DNA of 64,000 nucleotides from Rhodospirillales bacterium (GTDB lineage Bacteria; Pseudomonadota; Alphaproteobacteria; Rhodospirillales; JANQFP01): NCBI GenBank assembly GCA_028277795.1, contig JANQFP010000216.1, positions 6,392 to 70,391 of the forward strand, read 5' to 3'. Shown piece by piece: positions 61,051 to 64,000 of this stretch (position 1 is its first letter; each line of letters starts with the position of its first letter). The notes under the pieces were generated by a model. It saw only the letters and a program-made list of their open reading frames with translations, ran no database searches and was not told where the DNA came from. The position numbers and the translations under genes were made by a program.

Positions 61051-62790
61051 TCAAGCCGCCGCCGGCACCGGAAGTCCCATGTCCCGGCGGACCACGTCGG
61101 AGAACACGCCGGTCTCGGACGGAACCAACGACTCGACCTGATCCCGCGGGTAGGCGGCGTTTCCGCTCTCCATGTCGCGGATGCGCCGGACCGCGTCCTC
61201 GGGGCCGGTGACGCAGATCTGCGGGAACCATCGGTACACACAGGCCCGGTGGCTGGGATCGACGTCGAGGAAGAACGCCCGCAAACCGAACTGAAGTGCC
61301 TCCAGCAGCACCGTCGAGGGATCGGAGAATGCATACCGCGCGTCACGGAACAGGTCGAACAGCGGCGCGTCGCGAAAGACGACGTTGGCAAGGCCGTCGC
61401 TGGCGGCCCGGGTCATCTCCGCCGTCGCCGCATCGTCTTGGAACTTCTGTTTCACCTGCAGGAAGACCTGCCGGTCCGGAAACGCCGTGGCCAACGCCCG
61501 CACGATGTCCACGATGACCGGCACGCCGAAATAGTAGCTCACCATGACCAGGATGTTTCCCGGCCGGTGGGCGTCGCGCAGGGCGTAGTCCTCGCGGTGG
61601 GCGCCGAACGAGCCCACGGCCCGGACCGTCATGTCCGACGCCCAGGTCTCCTTCCAGTGGCGCTCGTAGATGGCGGTGCCGAACACGTAGAACACGTCCA
61701 TGCTGATGTACCGCCACATGGGCTGGACGATAGCGTGGGTCGGTGAGCCGTGCTGGACACCGAGCGTCCGGCCGCCGGCACGGTTCATCTCCTGACGGCG
61801 CAGGACGTGTTCGGAATTGAACTCGTTCCGGCACCAGAAATACCGCGGCCGGTAGCGGTGGATCAGGGCCCGCTCGCGGGCCCGCCGGTAGGGAAGCGTG
61901 GCGACGGCGAAATAGTGCTGCGGCTCGATTCCACCGAGGTGGCGGAAGATCCGGGCCGTGTCGCGGACCACCATGGCCGCGGTCCGCATCGCTGCCGCCG
62001 GACCGAGACGGCCCGAACCGGGATCGCGCACGAGGGCGCCGTCCGGAATGCCGGCCAGCAGGGGCGAGCGTGCCGCGTCGCTGTTGCGTGGAAGGACGAC
62101 CACGGGGCCGCCGTCCCGAAGTTGGTGGAGCAGTCGAACGTCGCGGGGGTCGTCGGCGAAGTCCGCGGCAAGGAACGCGCGACCCGCGGTCCGCGACATC
62201 AGACGCACGCGAATCGTGATCCAGGCCAGAGCGTATCCGACCACGGCCAGCGAGAGGGCCAGATTGAAGGGGCGCCATGACCCTGCCATTGAGATGACGC
62301 GCGCTCGCGGCCGGCTTCCGTAGTACGCCTCGTAAAGACCGCACACGTCGTCGGTCACACCGACCATGACCAGGCCGTGTCCACCATCCCGCCGGTCCAG
62401 GCAGTGCATGAGCAGGATCGGCAAGTGGCTGCGGGTCATGGTGCTGGACAGCGCACTCTTGCACGCCATGGCGTATTCGGGCAGGTCGCGCGCCAGTTCG
62501 GAAAAGCGAAAGCGCGTCCTGTGCCAGTGCTCGGTCCGGGCGAAGATGTCGTACCGGAACACGTTGGCGAAATAGGCCTCGATGGGCTTGAGGTCCGGAC
62601 ACCCGTCGATGGCGCGAACCGCCTGTCCGCGCGCGACCGGGCCTTCGACGAGCCGTGTGAGCAACGGCGCCAGTCGGGGCAGAAACGGCGCCACGCCGAT
62701 CACCGCGGGCCGCCGGCCGCGGGCCGCCGCGAGCAGAAACCCCGGTATCGAGAACTCGTTGATCAAATAGGCCACGGGAGCGTGGGTCAT
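61051..62790 (-). CDS. Hypothetical 579-aa protein, possible GT-B-like transferase (unclassified)
   Basis: ATG 62790 overlaps the upstream stop (ATGA). One internal TM-like segment ('FNLALSLAVVGYALAWITI'). The C-terminal half is co-linear with 40457..42055 ('RPRYFWCRNEFNSEH...GGRTLGVQHG...'). Confidence 0.55.
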   Translation of the reverse strand: MTHAPVAYLINEFSIPGFLLAAARGRRPAVIGVAPFLPRLAPLLTRLVEGPVARGQAVRAIDGCPDLKPIEAYFANVFRYDIFARTEHWHRTRFRFSELARDLPEYAMACKSALSSTMTRSHLPILLMHCLDRRDGGHGLVMVGVTDDVCGLYEAYYGSRPRARVISMAGSWRPFNLALSLAVVGYALAWITIRVRLMSRTAGRAFLAADFADDPRDVRLLHQLRDGGPVVVLPRNSDAARSPLLAGIPDGALVRDPGSGRLGPAAAMRTAAMVVRDTARIFRHLGGIEPQHYFAVATLPYRRARERALIHRYRPRYFWCRNEFNSEHVLRRQEMNRAGGRTLGVQHGSPTHAIVQPMWRYISMDVFYVFGTAIYERHWKETWASDMTVRAVGSFGAHREDYALRDAHRPGNILVMVSYYFGVPVIVDIVRALATAFPDRQVFLQVKQKFQDDAATAEMTRAASDGLANVVFRDAPLFDLFRDARYAFSDPSTVLLEALQFGLRAFFLDVDPSHRACVYRWFPQICVTGPEDAVRRIRDMESGNAAYPRDQVESLVPSETGVFSDVVRRDMGLPVPAAA

Positions 62791-63971
62791 GGGTCGGCCT
62801 TGTCGCCGGGCTCCAGCATCACCTTCAGCACGTCGCCGTTGCGGCTGGCGTTCCAGGCGTCGGCGAAGGAGGCCAAGGGCATGGGGCACTGGAAATAGGC
62901 ATCCAGGTCGAGCCGAGGCAGCAGACGGATGGCGTCCGCGAAGTCCTCGGCGGTGCTGCCCACCGAGCCGATAACCGTCTTGTCGTAGGCGGCGATGGCC
63001 TCGAAGGAGAACGGCTTGTGCCCGTAGGGCAGGCCAAGCAGCAGAAGGCTGGCATTGGCCGGGCTCGCATGGAGGGCGGTGTTCAGCACGTCCGGATCGC
63101 CGGTGACTTCGACGATGATCGGCGAGGATGCGCAGACCTGCTCCAGGTCGTCCGCGGCGCCAATGCCGGTGCCGTCGAACAGGGCGCGGCGCTTGTCGTT
63201 GCGGTCATAGGCGGTGACCTGGAAACCGTTGTGATCCAGCACACGGGCGCACAGGTGGCCCAGGGGCCCCGCCCCCAGGACGGCGCACCGGAGTGCATTG
63301 GCCGGCGTATCCGAGCCGTTGGTCCGGAGCGCCGGCTCCAGGCGGCGCAGCGCCTTGAGCACCACCGCCGTCGGTTCCGCCAGCGCGGCCCGCCGGAGGT
63401 CCATGTCGGCGGGCAGCTTGTGAGCGAACCGCGCCGGCACCACCACGTACTCGGCATAGGCACCGTCTCGGCCCATGACGCCCAGTTCGGCGCGTTCGGG
63501 GCAGCCGATGAAGTTGCCGGATCGGCATTCCCCGCACACGCCGCAGCTCTGGATGCACTCGGCCACCACCGGATCGCCCTCGGCCAAGTCGTTGACATTC
63601 TGGCCCACCGCGGCGACGCGGCCCGAGAATTCGTGCCCGGGCGTGATCGGGTAGGCGGCCTGTCCGTTCTGGTAATAGCCCAGGGTGCCGTTGAGGATTT
63701 CCAGGTCGGTGGCGCAGACGGCGGTGTGGGCCACCCGGATGAGGACGTCGCCCGGGTTCGGCGTCGGCGTCGGCCGCTTCTCCAGGGACGCTTTGCCCGG
63801 GCCGTGGATGACCACGGCCTCGAAAGGACGGTCGAAGAACACTTCTTCCTGGGCGGCCCGGGTCTCCAAGGGGTGGGATTCGATGAGCCCCCTCAGGAGC
63901 CCGGCCGTCTTGTGGGCCCGGTAGTAGGCGATCTCGCGCAATCGCTGGCCCCAGGTCAGACGCTCGTTCAC
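62787..63971 (-). CDS. Zn-dependent medium-chain alcohol/polyol dehydrogenase (MDR family)
   Basis: 'GHEFSGRVAAVG', structural-Zn lobe 'CIQSCGVCGECRSGNFIGC' and 'VLGAGPLGHL'. It has an N-terminal extension of about 45 aa if GTG 63971 (GTGA overlap) is used. Alternative GTG at 63842. Confidence 0.85.
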   Translation of the reverse strand: MNERLTWGQRLREIAYYRAHKTAGLLRGLIESHPLETRAAQEEVFFDRPFEAVVIHGPGKASLEKRPTPTPNPGDVLIRVAHTAVCATDLEILNGTLGYYQNGQAAYPITPGHEFSGRVAAVGQNVNDLAEGDPVVAECIQSCGVCGECRSGNFIGCPERAELGVMGRDGAYAEYVVVPARFAHKLPADMDLRRAALAEPTAVVLKALRRLEPALRTNGSDTPANALRCAVLGAGPLGHLCARVLDHNGFQVTAYDRNDKRRALFDGTGIGAADDLEQVCASSPIIVEVTGDPDVLNTALHASPANASLLLLGLPYGHKPFSFEAIAAYDKTVIGSVGSTAEDFADAIRLLPRLDLDAYFQCPMPLASFADAWNASRNGDVLKVMLEPGDKADP

Positions 63972-64000
63972 CGGGCTGTCGGCACCGGCGAGAACCCGGC
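63968..64000 (-). CDS. 3' end of a further minus-strand gene that continues beyond the window
   Basis: The frame is open from the window edge (...AGFSPVPTAR*). Its TGA overlaps the GTG at 63971 (GTGA), the same coupling geometry seen through the rest of the locus. It is too short to identify. Confidence 0.3.
   Translation of the reverse strand, partial: AGFSPVPTAR

Noticed and set aside
1..64000. Search for CRISPR arrays, tRNA/rRNA genes, prophage or integrase genes, toxin-antitoxin pairs and known defence-system hallmarks (nucleases, helicases, STAND/AAA ATPases, reverse transcriptases)
   Set aside because: I saw no short direct-repeat arrays, no cloverleaf-like or rRNA-like segments, and no such protein motifs in any frame. 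The only ATPase is the ABC exporter and the only mobile trace is the IS5 scar. The novelty in this window therefore appears to be in glycan chemistry and locus architecture, not in a defence system.

Overview
All calls below come from reading the six-frame track and the raw sequence by eye. No searches were run.

The window is very GC-rich and looks like a proteobacterial chromosome.

**Left end (about 4.4 kb), housekeeping genes:**
- a 5'-truncated UMF1-type MFS transporter
- a GmhA-like SIS isomerase
- a TVP38/DedA-like membrane protein
- purH

**Rest of the window (4407 to the right edge, about 59.6 kb):** one very large surface-glycan locus of the LPS O-antigen/EPS type.
- It holds about 54 intact genes, one further gene cut by the window edge, and one gene fragment.
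- All but two genes are on the minus strand.
- About 20 gene junctions are 4-nt start/stop overlaps (ATGA, GTGA or TTGA).

**Modules I can recognise:**
1. WbpL/GT4/4-reductase/WbpM-like initiation set for a QuiNAc/FucNAc-type sugar (4407..9608), behind its own intrinsic terminator.
2. Branched-chain sugar block with two paralogous C-methyltransferases (9706..18910).
3. An IS5-family transposase scar abutting a truncated GT2 paralog (18911..19519).
4. GT2 + methyltransferase + GT-C, with an unannotated 40-codon TM micro-ORF (19520..23101).
5. AsnB amidotransferase + FemAB/GNAT-like protein + GT2-CE4 fusion + heparinase II/III-like protein (23115..29618).
6. Five-gene coupled cassette: SGNH, cytidylyltransferase, MT-like protein, HAD phosphatase, 2-hydroxyacid dehydrogenase (30556..34931).
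7. Methyltransferase + carbamoyltransferase + DUF5989/SxtK-like protein (50 aa, missing from the track) + SxtJ-like protein + two Gfo/Idh/MocA oxidoreductases + a 532-aa unknown (34924..42055).
8. YfhO-like GT-C + ArnC-like GT2 + ArnB-like aminotransferase + SDR, then a WbpD/B/E-like 3-acetamido-sugar trio (43105..52673).
9. SDR, GT2-methyltransferase fusion, orphan rmlD, TIM-barrel isomerase, MsbA/PglK-type ABC exporter, FkbM methyltransferase, SDR, radical-SAM/SPASM enzyme, a 579-aa unknown, and a Zn-dependent dehydrogenase (52686..64000).

**What I did not find:** no tRNA, rRNA, CRISPR array, prophage or defence genes. I also could not recognise Wzx, Wzy, Wzz, Wzm/Wzt or WaaL.

**Notes on the ORF track:**
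- It prints GTG and TTG starts as M. I checked this on the DNA.
- Many of its long ORFs are N-terminally over-extended or are antisense artefacts of the high GC content.
- Where I re-set a start, I did so from N-terminal family signatures and overlap geometry.

**Most interesting items:**
- the SxtJ/SxtK-like carbamoylation module
- the radical-SAM/ABC block
- the CMP-donor cassette
- the twin C-methyltransferases
- two methyltransferase genes embedded antisense in the minus-strand gene train
- the two hidden micro-ORFs
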